A stretch of DNA of 62,772 nucleotides, the filler included, from Circinaria calcarea (lineage: Eukaryota), in NCBI GenBank assembly GCA_051942165.1. It is 38 parts of 38 records of this genome, joined end to end, with 100 filler letters (N's around TTAATTAATTAA, not from the genome) between each part and the next. Parts side by side here need not be neighbours in the genome. Positions count along the whole stretch, not along the records: positions 23,267 to 24,825 come from JAVECS010004538.1; positions 24,926 to 26,484 come from JAVECS010004539.1; positions 26,585 to 28,143 come from JAVECS010004540.1; positions 28,244 to 29,801 come from JAVECS010004541.1; positions 29,902 to 31,458 come from JAVECS010004542.1; positions 31,559 to 33,115 come from JAVECS010004543.1; positions 33,216 to 34,771 come from JAVECS010004544.1; positions 34,872 to 36,426 come from JAVECS010004545.1; 30 more parts are not named here. One strand, given 5' to 3'. Position 1 is the first letter of the stretch. Every line of letters begins with the position of its first letter. The notes under the pieces were generated by a model that was given only the letters and a program-made list of their open reading frames with translations, searched no databases and was not told the origin of the DNA. This document shows, piece by piece, positions 23,267-35,882 of this stretch. A program made the translations under genes and the position numbers.

Positions 23267-23603
23267 CACACATCATGTGTTTGTTCCTGAAGAAGAACAT
23301 GAGAGTGACGGTGTCGTAAAGTTCGTACATTTGCTTGAAGTCGGGCACCTGATCGAGATCGCAGACGTAGAGAACGGCAAAATTCTTGACGCGGTCCGCA
23401 ATTCCTATGGAAGTAAGTAGGTCAGTGGCTGGGAAGGGAAGAGGTGAGAAGTAGTACTAACGATAAAGCACTTCATCCTGACGCATGCAGTCCGGGTCCC
23501 AGTCACGGCCGAAGCGGATTACTACGAGGCGCTCTTCTTCGGCCATGATTGCTTGATCAACGTGCCATCCAGTAACGAGATGCGGTAAGACGACAGAACC
23601 CAT
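23267..23603 (-). CDS. DIB1: U5 snRNP thioredoxin-like protein Dim1/Dib1; intron 23405-23461; 3'-truncated (missed by the ORF track)
   Basis: MGSVVLPHLVTGWHVDQAIMAEEERLVVIRFGRDWDPDCMRQDEVLYR-IADRVKNFAVLYVCDLDQVPDFKQMYELYD...MFFFRNKHMMC. Confidence 0.96.
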
Positions 23604-23889
23604 GATGGTAAAGTTCTTCTAGATGCAAGATAGCGCGGTGGTTTGAAGGCAAATCTTGAAAAATTACTTAGGTTTTTGAGGGTGCTCCTTATGTTTGATA
23701 GGGTGGCTTTAGAAGAGCGATATTACAGAAAAGAGATGTTGTTGCTCATATTTCGAAATGAGTCGCAAGGCAGTGTTCCCCGGATTTCTTCCGCCGCCAA
23801 TTCCCCGCCCCCACCAACGTTTTTCCTCCTGGGATTTCTCTTCACACGTCAAGTATCCAAGGTACTTCATCTCTCTATTTTTCAAAATA

Positions 23890-24826
23890 ATGGCACCACC
23901 TACGACTTCCGATCATTCTACTTCAAACAGCACAGAAGACACTACTGTTATCTCGCTCCGCAAAGCTCTAACCTCCGAATCAGTCCCCCTCGCTCGCCGC
24001 TTCCGTGCCCTATTCTCTCTCAAGCACCTCGCATGTTTACACCCGCCAACCTGTCAAACCCTCTCTGCAATTCAAGCGATCGCAGCGGCTTTTACCTCCC
24101 CCTCCGCTCTTCTTAAACATGAGCTAGCTTACTGCTTGGGTCAGACGAGGAATCTTGATTGTGTTCCGTATTTACGAAAGGTTCTGGAGGATAGGGATGA
24201 AGACTCAATGTGTAGGCATGAGGCGGCGGAAGCGCTAGGTGCACTCGGGGACATGGAAAGTTTGGGATTGTTGAGGAACCTGAGGGATGATGCGGCGGAA
24301 GAGGACGTTGTGAGGGAGACCTGCGACATTGCGGTGGAGAGGATCGAATGGGAGAATTTGGGAGAAAGGGCAAAGGAGAGGCTAAAACAAAGGTTCGATA
24401 CAGCATACGGCTGGTTAACAAGGATTGTCTAATCATAATATAGTGACTTCGCATCGATAGATCCAGCACCCCCCCTACCACAAACATCAGAGAGGCCCGC
24501 GATCACTGAGCTGCAAGCGACAATGCTAAACACGAAGCTCCCTCTCTTCCAAAGATACCGCGCCATGTTCGCTCTGCGCGACCTTGCTTCTCCTCCAGAC
24601 CTGCCTACAGCTGTCGATGCAGTCAACACACTGGCTTCCGGCTTCGAGGATCCGTCGGCCCTATTTAGACACGAAATCGCGTTTATATTCGGCCAGTTAT
24701 CCCATCCGGCTTCAATACCAAGTCTTGTGACCACACTGAGCAATGAAAAGGAGGAGAGCATGGTGCGGCATGAGGCAGCCGAGGCCTTAGGCAGCCTAGG
24801 CGACGAAGAGGGAGTTGAAGCTATAN
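23890..24826 (+). CDS. LIA1: Deoxyhypusine hydroxylase (DOHH); intron 24393-24443; 3'-truncated
   Basis: RFRALFSLK, SALLKHELAYCLGQ, MCRHEAAEALGA, SDFASIDPAPP, SALFRHEIAFIFGQ, MVRHEAAEALGS: four HE motifs in HEAT repeats. Confidence 0.96.
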
Positions 24827-26177
24827 NNNNNNNNNNNNNNNNNNNNNNNNNNNNNNNNNNNNNNNNNNNTTAATTAATTAANNNNNNNNNNNNNNNNNNN
24901 NNNNNNNNNNNNNNNNNNNNNNNNNGAGACAGCGTTAGGTATTTTTCGACGGGCTTGGCTTTCCTTTCCCGTGAAACAATTATCCCCCCCCTTTCTCGGG
25001 GTTTTCTGGGGTTTTGGGGGTTTTTTCCGGGAAAGGCAAAGCAAAATTGGGTGCCCTCGAATTCCAGGAATGGAGCGATTTAACCCGCGAGGCGTTCTCC
25101 CCCCACCTGAAAAGATGGCCGGACGTTTTCTCGAGGGTCCCGTCCCGTCTAAAGTTGTGATTTCCCCTCGGCCTTAGAAAATCCCCCCCCCAAAAATGGG
25201 GAACGCAAGAGGTGATGGAAGCCCCTGATTCGAATTTCGAAACGGGAGAATTTATTCTTGGGCGGGAGCAATTCCTTTATTCGGGGACCGACTTAGAATC
25301 CAAATGATTTGAGAGGGGAGGGGCTGCGGCTTCCCTACTTGGGTTCTTTGTTTTTGGTTTCGGGGTCTCACCTCTTTTTTACTTTTGATCATTTTTTGTT
25401 GCAAAATTAATTCGCCCCATCTGGTTCCAACATGTATTTTGGTGAGAGGTCTGAATCCTTTGAGACTTCAGTTTTCCCTACAATCCTTTGCCGGACAGGC
25501 TTCTTTGTCTTTTGCCTCTTTACATGGGAGAGCGTCGGGGAACATCTCGGAATCATGGTCTGTCTGGCACGCTGCTGGGGAGAGTTTTTGGGTATATATT
25601 CACCTTACCACGTTACCATGAAGACTCCATCGACTCTCCAGACATCTCAGATACTGCACGCCTCGCATTTCCAACTTCGGAGCATATACCTGCGTCTTGT
25701 TTGCTAGATTTCGCGTTCTGCCGACATTAGATCTCTGTTCACACTCTTATAGCGACATCTCGAAACCAAACAAAACCAAAATGCCAAAATGCCAAAATGC
25801 CCAGGATGCAACTTCAACAACATTACCATCCCCCCCCACCTCAGGACCTCCATTCAATATACCACGGACATACGAACGGTGCAAGAGAGAACTTCCTATC
25901 ATCATCCTAGTAAGGCAGTCGTTGAACGATCCGACGTTCAGCCATTACCATAACCAAGAGACGGATTCTTAAGGAGCGTGGAGAGTGAAGGATGACGTTA
26001 CCGAGCACGAAAACTGAGAAGGAGCATGGTGGGAAACATGAGCAGCAACCAAGATTCCTGTAATTAGAGAGTAGAGAAGACAAGGCGGATGAAACTAGTA
26101 ACAAGGAAATCAAGCGTTGAGCGAAATCCACAATATGCAATGACAAACCACGTAGAATCTTTTTGGTCGCAACCAGC

Positions 26178-26484
26178 TCACGCCTGTTCTTTGAGAGCCT
26201 CCTGCTTTTCGGCAGCCTCTTGCTTTTCGCGAGCCTCTTTCTCATCGCGAGCCCTTTCTCTAGCCTCTAACGCTTCGGGAACCCTCATCCCCATCCGTTG
26301 CATCATCCACCCTTGCTCACAGCGAAATCCTTCCTGCATCAACGCATCGGATAACATCCACAACCAGTCAAATTGATCTGGGGGTGCGGGGGAGATGAAT
26401 TCAGTATCCAGCCCAAAAAAGGCGCTGGTACGAGCATTGGTAGTCTGATACCAGTGCGGATAGAAGCCGGCAGATTCCCAGTCG
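26178..26484 (-). CDS. Aminoglycoside-phosphotransferase-like kinase, C-terminal fragment
   Basis: Frame from the contig edge begins DWESAGFYPHW, the DWE-x-AG-F-YP motif of fungal APH-like proteins. Confidence 0.65.
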
Positions 26485-26584
26485 NNNNNNNNNNNNNNNN
26501 NNNNNNNNNNNNNNNNNNNNNNNNNNNNTTAATTAATTAANNNNNNNNNNNNNNNNNNNNNNNNNNNNNNNNNNNNNNNNNNNN

Positions 26585-27490
26585 GATGTGCTCGGCATGA
26601 AGGCCAACTCGAGAGAGTACTGGGCCGAAGCAGCCCGGAGGTGCAAAATACACGTCTATGAAAGGTTCACGCGGTCGGGGAGACCGAAAGACAAGATGAG
26701 CTACAGTGAAGTTGAGAGGCGAGTAGGACAGTCCACAGCGGGTGAGGATGGGAGCGTAGCATTGCCCAGCGAAGACGTGGACGAAATTAACTCGCAAGAA
26801 GACAACGGAGCCACCTTGTCCGGGATCGAAATGTCAAACCAGGAAGAGTTTGAGCAATCCCCCGCACCATCTCTCGACTCAAGTGACCTCTCTGATGACA
26901 TCGACCTCTTCTCCATCCATTCAGCTCGTGCAAAACACCAATTTCGCTCCTCCGAAAGACTGGCCAAACTTCAAGACACTTATATGGAAGCACTCGATTG
27001 TCAAGAAAGCCAGAAAGAAGAACAGCGTTTGTGGGAGCTTCTTGGGAAACAGCAACCGATCAAGTCGGAAACTATAGAACTCCCGCCACGACCTATCCCG
27101 GAACGTAAGCTCAAGGACAACCTAGTCGATTGGAGGGATTGGATTGATTATCGAAGCTCGTGGGAGAGGTATGAAAACCCTGTTCTAGCGGATAGCTTCA
27201 GGAGAAACTGGCGAATAGGGAAGAGTTCGAGGACAGTCTCTGGAAAACGAGCGCGAGGGGCCGATGAGGGGGCCAGGGATTGTGACAAGGACAAAGGGCA
27301 TGCTATCTCGTTACAGGCTGAAAGCTCTGGTGATGAAGATGATTTAGATGAAGATAACGCCGACAGTGACAATCAATCCCAAGAGCTCAACTCTTCCGAC
27401 AAACCCCAAAGCGGAATAGACGTACTAGAAGCTCAGTCCGACGACGAAAATCCCGTGGACGACAATGAACTCCCAGAAGCCGAAGGCTAG
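26585..27490 (+). CDS. Probable RNA polymerase I initiation factor Rrn5-like protein, C-terminal part
   Basis: DVLGMKANSREYWAEAARRC, MSYSEVE, DTYMEALD..ES..EEQRLWELLG, DWRDW; acidic tail; assignment from recall. Confidence 0.55.
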   Translation, partial: DVLGMKANSREYWAEAARRCKIHVYERFTRSGRPKDKMSYSEVERRVGQSTAGEDGSVALPSEDVDEINSQEDNGATLSGIEMSNQEEFEQSPAPSLDSSDLSDDIDLFSIHSARAKHQFRSSERLAKLQDTYMEALDCQESQKEEQRLWELLGKQQPIKSETIELPPRPIPERKLKDNLVDWRDWIDYRSSWERYENPVLADSFRRNWRIGKSSRTVSGKRARGADEGARDCDKDKGHAISLQAESSGDEDDLDEDNADSDNQSQELNSSDKPQSGIDVLEAQSDDENPVDDNELPEAEG

Positions 27491-28653
27491 GTGCAGCAAA
27501 GTATAGAACCACGCACCACAAGGCCTATTCACCAAACACCCAACGACTCTGAGGACAGTGAAGGCCTTCTAGCAAACCACTCCCTTATCAAAGAAGGCAA
27601 GGGAGATCTTCATTCCTCAGCCTCTCCCACGAAGGAGGAGATGTCTCCCGCAATTCCCCTTTGAACGAGACGAAGCCAACTCTTCCTCATCTGGCTCCAA
27701 CGAAGACCCGCCTTCCGCTGCCTCCGCCACCGCTACAAGATCCCAGCACTCCCGGTGACAGAACAGAACAGAAGTGCAGCGCTCCATACGCCCATCTAGC
27801 ACCACGGATCTCAAAAGGGTAATGGTAGGATCATCTCCCGCATCAGACGATGGAGATTCGACGTCGTTCTCAGAAAATGAGGGTGGAGTGAAACGGGTTG
27901 GAATGGGATTGAGCGTTAGGTTATTCACGCGAGTCATGGGTAAATACGCCTGGATGTAAGGATGCATCTAGTTTTACTTTTCCTTCAAACCACGCCACAC
28001 AAAAAAAAAACCCAAAAAAATTACGTATTCACAAAAGTAAGGTTGATATCATCTGTCATTGGTGGCAAAAACTACCAAACGGTCGAGAAATAGTACACCT
28101 CCACCCCCACCCCCTCTATCTAGCTAATTTCAAGGGAGAAAGCNNNNNNNNNNNNNNNNNNNNNNNNNNNNNNNNNNNNNNNNNNNNTTAATTAATTAAN
28201 NNNNNNNNNNNNNNNNNNNNNNNNNNNNNNNNNNNNNNNNNNNCCCCCTCCCCCTACCACACAGAGGCATGAACTAACTGACTAACTGACTGAGTGAACT
28301 GCTCATGGAGCACCCGGCTCTCAATGGGTTTAATGTAATTAAAAGGGTGTGGTGGGCACGGTTACGGTGATTCATCTGATCAAATGAAAAGGCCGGCCGG
28401 TATCCGAGCATGAAATATCCAATCAAGTAAAGTACGTTCACGTGCTACGCTACCATAACCTAGTACCATACCAATTGAGGGGTTTCGCAGATTTTTGTTG
28501 GTTAAACTAATGTAACGTAGGGTAAGGAATAATAAATGCCCGAAGAAGCTAAGTAATTCTACCCCTTTCTACTCTACCGATTTCTATGACTTGACGTTGA
28601 ATCTCAGTAGGAACTATGACTTCATATGTAGATCAACTGCCTATTTCAGTAAT

Positions 28654-28705
28654 ATAGTACAACATAGCTCCTGTGTAAGTTAACACAGGAGCTATGTTGC
28701 ACTAT
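28654..28705. repeat. Hairpin: 23-bp stem (one mismatch), 6-nt loop
   Basis: ATAGTACAACATAGCTCCTGTGT-AAGTTA-ACACAGGAGCTATGTTGCACTAT. Confidence 0.9.
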
Positions 28706-29662
28706 CATGGTTTAGCACTTAGTAAGAAATTTCATTGGTTGCTCTTACCTAGTTTCTTCTTACACAAATCTGCGAAACCCCTCAAATGGCGAGGCGCCCT
28801 GTCCCCTGCGTGCTCGGGCTCTCCCTCTTTTTGATTTCCCCCCCCTGTCATAAAAGCCAAAAGCCAAAAGCTCAACCTGCCGGAACGACAACTTGTACAA
28901 AACATCAAGACCATGGGAGTTTCCTTACTCCGCAAATAGAGGACAGGATTAAATATTCAAGACAAACATGGGGGCCTTCCTTGGCCGCCTGATAGCCGAA
29001 CTACCTTATACCCAAGCACTACGGAGTAATTATAGTTATTGAGTGAAAGTACGTAGTGGGTTTTTCTGCCAAGAGATTCCTCCGCGTACACCTACCACTA
29101 CCTAGACCTATCCTACCCCTACCTGGATTCTTTCCAGCTATGTCCCCTTGTACCTCCTTAACTCTTGATTGACCCTTGACCCCTTGACCACTTAATCCGA
29201 ATCCGAATCCGCTACGCTACACTACGACATATTGTATTCGGTAATGTGTTTATCCTCGCAGAGAGGAGTTTGGGTTTTGGGTTTTAGGTTTGGCTGGAAT
29301 ATTTCCCCCCCCCCCCCGGGTCTTTCACGAAACAAGGTAAAAAAGGTAAAAGTATTGAATTTATGGCAGGGAGAGACTTAAAGCAATGGCGTTAAGGCGG
29401 TATTCAATGTGTACGCAATAGTCTATATATTGTGTAACGTGTATGGTTCGCAAAAGTGCAAAGCCAAGGGGGAAATTCTGCAACCCCACGCTATTACTAA
29501 TATGGGTAGTACAGAACTTCCTGCATACAGAAGTTCGGCACAGAAGTTCGGCACAGAGTTCGGCATACAGTATGCTTGGCTCTCTATTTTTTTTAAAAAA
29601 AAGAAAAGAAAAGGAAAAAGCAAACGGATTGGGTGAGGCGCTGGCGCGGATGACGGGAAATT

Positions 29663-29801
29663 GGGAAAAGGGAAAAAGGGAAAAAGGGAAAAAGGGAAAA
29701 AGGGAAAAAGGGAAAAAGGGAAAAAGGGAAAAAGGGAAAAAGGGAAAAAGGGAAAAAGGGAAAAAGGGAAAAAGGGAAAAAGGGAAAAAGGGAAAAAGGG
29801 A
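29663..29801. repeat. (GGGAAAAA)n tandem repeat, ~17 units, at contig end
   Basis: Near-perfect 8-mer array read directly. Confidence 0.98.
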
Positions 29802-31558
29802 NNNNNNNNNNNNNNNNNNNNNNNNNNNNNNNNNNNNNNNNNNNNTTAATTAATTAANNNNNNNNNNNNNNNNNNNNNNNNNNNNNNNNNNNNNNNNNNN
29901 NGGAGAAGACACTTTTGGGCGAGGTTTACTGCCACTGCCACGATGAAGGAAAGAGAGAGAGGCAGAGGGGGAGTTTATGTAGGCATACGGAAAGGATCAC
30001 CACATGGTTTACGATGCGACTCATGGCTTATCGCGTGAATGAAAAGTATTTGCTGCAGTCTCAGAGAAGAGACAACCTCGCACCCGAAAGGCAGCCCTAC
30101 AAGGCAGACACGTTTAGCGCGAGGAGCAAGCCCTAATCAACCTCTCCCCAAACGCCTCCCTAACCAACCATTTTATTGCCAGGCATCTAAACTGGAAGGG
30201 AGTGCTCGATCTGAATCAATCGGTGTGGCACTCCGCTACAGCGCGCCTGACCGGCTTTCACCTAGACCACATAACAGCGACAGCCAATCTCTCGGAATCC
30301 TCATGTCTAATAGCTTATTCGAGGCTAGATCAGCTACTGTTGTCTCGTTCGAACCACCATGTTGAGCACATGGTCTAAAATCTTCTTACAACCTAGGATG
30401 AAGTCAGATACGTTGTCGACAGAAGCACCAACAGACAGCTAGAAGTATTGTTCGCAAGCGTCAATGCTTGTCTCCTTAGGATATCCTGTAAGCATTCCCA
30501 GTCTATGCTCATCCTTACGGAAACCAAGTGTAGCTTAGGACTAAACCCCAGCACATCCCCGCTGAATGCCCAACATATCTGTTGGAGAGGTCATTCTCAT
30601 CCAAGGCGTGGATGAGTCTATCCGCCATCCACCTTCTGTGGTTAACGCCTGATTCGGGTCAGGGCGATCGGTCTTATTCCCAGCAGCAGCTGGACTGGCA
30701 GCTCTGTCCAATTGCCAGAACGTATCGGGGACCTCTTAATGGTTCTCCAGGAGACAGAGCGCAGCTAGGCATATCCGGTTCTGTGACAGGCGCCTCGCCT
30801 CCACTAGAGTTTTCCTCTCAAGCAGCTGCATCTCGCGGATCAAACTGTTACTGTTCGTAAGAGTCCTCGGTTCAAATGTGATATGGCCTCGGCCATATAT
30901 CTTCGCGGAGAGTACTACCCTTCTCCCAATCGAGGCAATGTACCGGTTCAGTCTTACTCTTGATGGTGCTTAGCTCTGATTGATCATTCCAGAGGATTAT
31001 GAATAAGTACAAGAAGGTTCCTGCACGACAGTCAAGTGTACAGGTTTATTTGTTTGCATAGTAGTATTCATCACACCGTACAAGAGGACCTACTAAGATT
31101 TCCCCATGGCTGACTGAATTAAAACACCTTCGGGCTTCAAGGACCTTCACAAGACATGGTATCAAAACCCATCAGTGCTTAGTCTCGAGAGGATAATAAT
31201 CCTTCGTCCTTAAGCTTCCCATTCCTTGACTACCCCCAATCGATACATTATTGACACAAGAGCTCCTGCAAAGAAAACCTTGATAAATATCTATATGTTC
31301 TGGGTTTAAAAACTGCTGTGACACTTGTTTTCCCTGATTATAACGCTCATCCAACAATTACCGTAGCTGTACATCCTAGCCCATACATGGTGTATACACT
31401 CCAGCATTCACTTCAAATTTCCTGGTCGATATTGGTATCCTTAGAGTCTACCAGGAAANNNNNNNNNNNNNNNNNNNNNNNNNNNNNNNNNNNNNNNNNN
31501 NNTTAATTAATTAANNNNNNNNNNNNNNNNNNNNNNNNNNNNNNNNNNNNNNNNNNNN

Positions 31559-33022
31559 CTGCCCCTTTGATCCCGAATTTTGTGCATTCAACGGCACTGC
31601 TGCCGCCTTTGAAATGGACACTGGCTTATTGGACTCTAATGGTGTCTTTGGAGTCAACACCCGATCGTCACAAAGAATCGGCTATCGGAGGATTACCACT
31701 TGTGCTCCAATCGAAGCGCCGTCCAGCTTTGCTCGAATTGAGAACGAGACTAATAGTGCAGGAACACAAACGTATGTCCGCTATTATTTTGGCCCGACAT
31801 CACTTGCCAATTTCTCGTATGAATATAATATAAACAGTTACACTAGTGGAAGTGGCTACGAATTACAGTATGCTCTTACACTTTTCAAAAGCTTTTGGGT
31901 ACTCTAACAACCTATAGCTCCCTTGAAGCTATTGCAACGCACAATAGGATATGGGATCCCATTCCCGAGCTCAATCGTACGGATGCGGATGTTACACTTT
32001 TGATTTTGGCAGCCAACTGGGTTCAATACGATGAACCTGTAGATGACCCATGGTTCTCCGCGCATGATTCGGTACAATTCGATTCCCCGGATGGGGATAT
32101 AGTTTACAAGCCCGACTATTACGTTCGATTTCTTGGCTGTATGGAGCAGCACCAGTTCTGCACACTCAACTCTAAGTCTGGTGCTGAATTTTGCACACCA
32201 TTGACCGGAAAAGCAACTCTTTTGTCCGCGATGGAGAAGATCTCCACGGCCTTCTCGCCAGTTCAGTTTGCTATTGCGGGCCGATTGTTCTTGAACTTAT
32301 TGGAGACGTCTATATCATCTAGCGCAGTCAACGAGAATTCTCTCCAAGCCTACAACTCCCTCTGGGACAATATTATAATATCACTCCCGAATAACCAGTG
32401 GCAGATCGAGGTTGCGAATTGGTACAACATCGCGCTCGCCAAATTCCAAGACTGGATAGTCGAGTATAGCCGCGGCCCTTCTATCATTCGTAAAGGCAGC
32501 GTCATCTCCGAACCCGTAAGCAAGGCCGACCGAGACCTCTGCTCCTCGCAAAAAGTCCACCAGACCTCGAGCCACATATCCTTTTCACTCCTGGGCCTCC
32601 TCATCGTCCTCGTTTTTGGCGGCTCCATCATCTTCGCCTCCGTCTTCATCGACACCCTCGTCGGCTTCTTCCAGCGCCGCTTCCACATCGGCGAGCACAA
32701 AGCAATCCAATGGGCCTTGGATGAAAAGCTGCAGCTACAGCGTATGGTCTACGAGAAAGCGGGTATCGGTAGCTGGAATAACTGCGATGGAAGGGTGCCA
32801 ATCACGATGGAAGAGGTCCGGCATATGGGTGTGGTGGTACAAGACCAAGATGGGAAGCACCCGAGTTACGGGAGGGATGCAGATCGGTACGCGACGGACT
32901 CTTTGCTGGAGAGAAGAGAGCTAGCCTTGTTGCTGGAAACGAGGCAGCAGGAGGAACTGAAGAAAGGTGGGTACGTGAGTGTTAGACCCGTGTCTCCCAT
33001 GTCGCCTGGTATACGGTATTGA
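31559..33022 (+). CDS. Conserved uncharacterised fungal membrane protein (5'-truncated); intron 31868-31917
   Basis: CPF..C...MDTGLLDS..FGVN...YRRITTCAP; PIPELNRTDADV; PVDDPWFSAH; LGCMEQHQFC; LPNNQWQIEV..W; TM helix; LQLQRM; no P450 heme motif. Confidence 0.8.
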
Positions 33023-33309
33023 AGCCAGAGCTCTCCAAAAAAAGGGTGGACTACTCTACGTAACGGAACTTGTTTGTCTGAAGGTTTCTTTCGAAGATGC
33101 TGGATTGCGCCAGCTNNNNNNNNNNNNNNNNNNNNNNNNNNNNNNNNNNNNNNNNNNNNTTAATTAATTAANNNNNNNNNNNNNNNNNNNNNNNNNNNNN
33201 NNNNNNNNNNNNNNNACGCTCCTAATGAATTGCAGTCAACCTAGATTATTTAGGATTACGCGTTGCAGAAGCTCCACGTCTCGGAGAGTCACAGTCAAAA
33301 CCGCCCGCT

Positions 33310-34215
33310 GACTGGCCTTTGAAGAATGAACGTCACATCCTCGAGGCTGTTGGCCACCACCACTGCATCCGGCCCATTATCGACACGACCGATGAGCCGC
33401 ATTCACTCATCCTGAAGTATCTGGACGACAATCTACTCCGTGCCTCGAATACGAAGAAGCTAGAGAAGGCAGACATTAAGTATGTGGCACGGAACCTTTT
33501 GCAAGCTCTAGAAGCACTTCATAGCCGTGGTTATGTTCACACCGGTATGGTACACAAACGCCCCTGGCACGGCGCCTCAGCATTTCTCATAGAAGGTAGA
33601 TGTGAAGCCAGATAATGTTCTCGTCAACTATGGCACTGCACCGGACCGCTTCAGTGAAGTGCAGCTTGGCGATTGTGGAGACACTTTCATGGTCGATCCA
33701 AAGGCGAGCCCGTTGGAAGATGGCCATGTCATCGGAGCAGCGATATTTCGAAGTCCCGAGGCAATGCTGAACCTTCGCTAGGGGCCGCCGACCGATATCT
33801 AGTCTTTTAGAGCGACAGTGAGTGAGCAATGCTAATGAACTTAGAAATCCTTGATCTAAACTTTCTCTAGCTCATCAGCCTGATATGGGGTAGCAATTGG
33901 CACATATTCAAGCCAACCGAAGTTCCCTTCGAAAGCGAGGAATATCCCCTCCAGGTGCTCATCAAGCAAGTCAGTATCTTTGGCCCAGTGCCTATAAGCT
34001 ACGGGGAAATATCCGATGATGAAAGGCTCGGCATCCTCACAGCCGTGATCAACCTGATCAACGAGCACAAATTACACAAACCTTTTGCTCTATCAGACGA
34101 CAAGGAGCTTTCAGCGGAAGATAGAAACTTCATCTGCAAAATTATGAGACTGGACCCGAGGGATCGCCCGACCGCCAAGGAGCTTCTGCAAGACGAATGG
34201 TTCCAACAAGAATAA
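33310..34215 (+). pseudogene. Ser/Thr protein kinase pseudogene (CMGC/SRPK-like fungal family) with two premature TAG stops
   Basis: YVHT-DVKPDNVLV, LGDCG, FRSPEAMLNLR*GPPTDI*SF, IMRLDPRDRPTAKELLQDEWF; TAG at 33779 and 33800 where Trp is expected; two introns; start coordinate approximate. Confidence 0.88.
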
Positions 34216-34871
34216 CGCATTCGGTACACCCTCAACGGCTTCCGAATCCTGGGAAATCCGACTCTATTGTACCTGTATACCACACGAGCCTCTGTCAGAC
34301 CTTGGGACCGCTCGACCGCTCGACTGCTCAATCGCTCTTACTTGACACCTGCGTCGACTGTCCAACGCAGCAAAACCTCCCTCTATCACGTTCCCTCGAA
34401 CGAGTTCGATCCGTCCAACTTGGATGACCGACATGATGTTCGTTTGACGGGGTCTTCGCCACGCTAATTACGATTCCCATTGCTCGGAGGGAAAAAACCC
34501 CTTCACTTTAGGTATCCCCTATCTCGGGAAAACTCACTCCCGCTCTTTAGGCTTCCAAAGTAGCAAAGCGGGAAGGCATTGGTTTCCTCCCTCCTCCTCC
34601 CCTCACCTCCTCATCTTCTCAAAGAGCCAGCCTCAAACCGCCGCCCCCTGGTTGGAAAGCAGAGTCATGAGGTCCACGCTCAACACCACACGAAAGGCTT
34701 TTTTAGCTGCGTAGCTAGTTTAGAATAGTTAACTACACATGGCAATAACATTGCAAACAACCACACAATCCNNNNNNNNNNNNNNNNNNNNNNNNNNNNN
34801 NNNNNNNNNNNNNNNTTAATTAATTAANNNNNNNNNNNNNNNNNNNNNNNNNNNNNNNNNNNNNNNNNNNN

Positions 34872-35157
34872 AACATCGAGCACGGGATTATGGAGCAAGC
34901 CGTCCGTCGAGTCCATCAGGAGTACGGAGGAGAACCAGGATCCCACCTCGACGATGGCGGAAAATAAAAAGTTGGCCCTCAAGATCGACCAGAGTCCCAT
35001 TTCGCCGGTCAATGGTTCCTCGGGCTTGTCGCCCTTTCAGGAGAGCCCAGCGCGGACTTTGAATCAGCGCGGTTTATGGGGTGCGTCGCCTCAGGTGATT
35101 GCAATCGAGCGCGAGCAAGGTTTGAAGCGGCGGTGGACGGTGAATGAGAACCGATGA
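34872..35157 (+). CDS. 3' end of an unknown Ser/Pro-rich protein
   Basis: Open frame from the contig edge ending ...SPISPVNGSSGLSPFQESPAR...LKRRWTVNENR*. Confidence 0.4.
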
Positions 35158-35340
35158 AAGAGGGTCCCGTTTTTCGCGTGGTGGCTGAAATGAATTTCCT
35201 CCCCGTCTCGGTGATGTATTATGAAATGGCTGCCCCTTTTTTTTCCTTTTTTTTCCTTTTTTTGCTTACGCCTTGGATCTCAAAACGAACTCATGTCTGT
35301 ATGGCCAACTACGGATTTTTTTCGGGCTTGCAAGAGCGTT

Positions 35341-35376
35341 TGGTTCGGTTCGGTTCGGTTCGGTTCGGTTCGGTTC
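35341..35376. repeat. (GGTTC)n microsatellite
   Basis: About seven tandem units. Confidence 0.95.
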
Positions 35377-35882
35377 TACTCCCCTTGCCAATAATGAGCT
35401 TGGTGTTTCTCGATCTGGGTTTGTATAACATAAGTAATGTGAGCGGTCAAGTTGCGCAACTCTCCTCATTTGAGCTTGATCTTGATCTTGATCTTGCGAT
35501 TTCAAGCGGGATGATAGATGGCGTTTTGGTACTGGTCAGAGTCTGAAGAAGGAGAAGGAGAAGGAAAAAAAGGAGAAGAAGGAGAGCACTTGAGGGCTAA
35601 ATAATTTAATGCTGGATAACTAACTACGCATTCAATCAATCATGCCGAATTTAAATTTTGCGGGGTATCAATCATATCATGAATTCTAAACAGGATATTT
35701 AATGGACTTGTTAAAGAACACCAGCCGTTCCAGGGATAACCCCTTGAACCGATTGTTTTCCCTGTCAGATTGAACTGTGCGTTGCTTGGCTACAAGTTAC
35801 CTACTACGCATTGGTCAAGCAAGTAGGGTCAGTAAGGACTAGCGGCTGCGTGTGCAGGATTCCGTCTATGAGAGCAAATGGT

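Noticed and set aside
29443..29853. Lys/Gly-rich repeat proteins (also 13246-13548)
   Set aside because: These are translations of simple 8-mer DNA repeats.
29902..31458. Degenerate coding relics here and at 45600-46333 and 14964-15850
   Set aside because: Frames are interrupted and no family motif could be supported.
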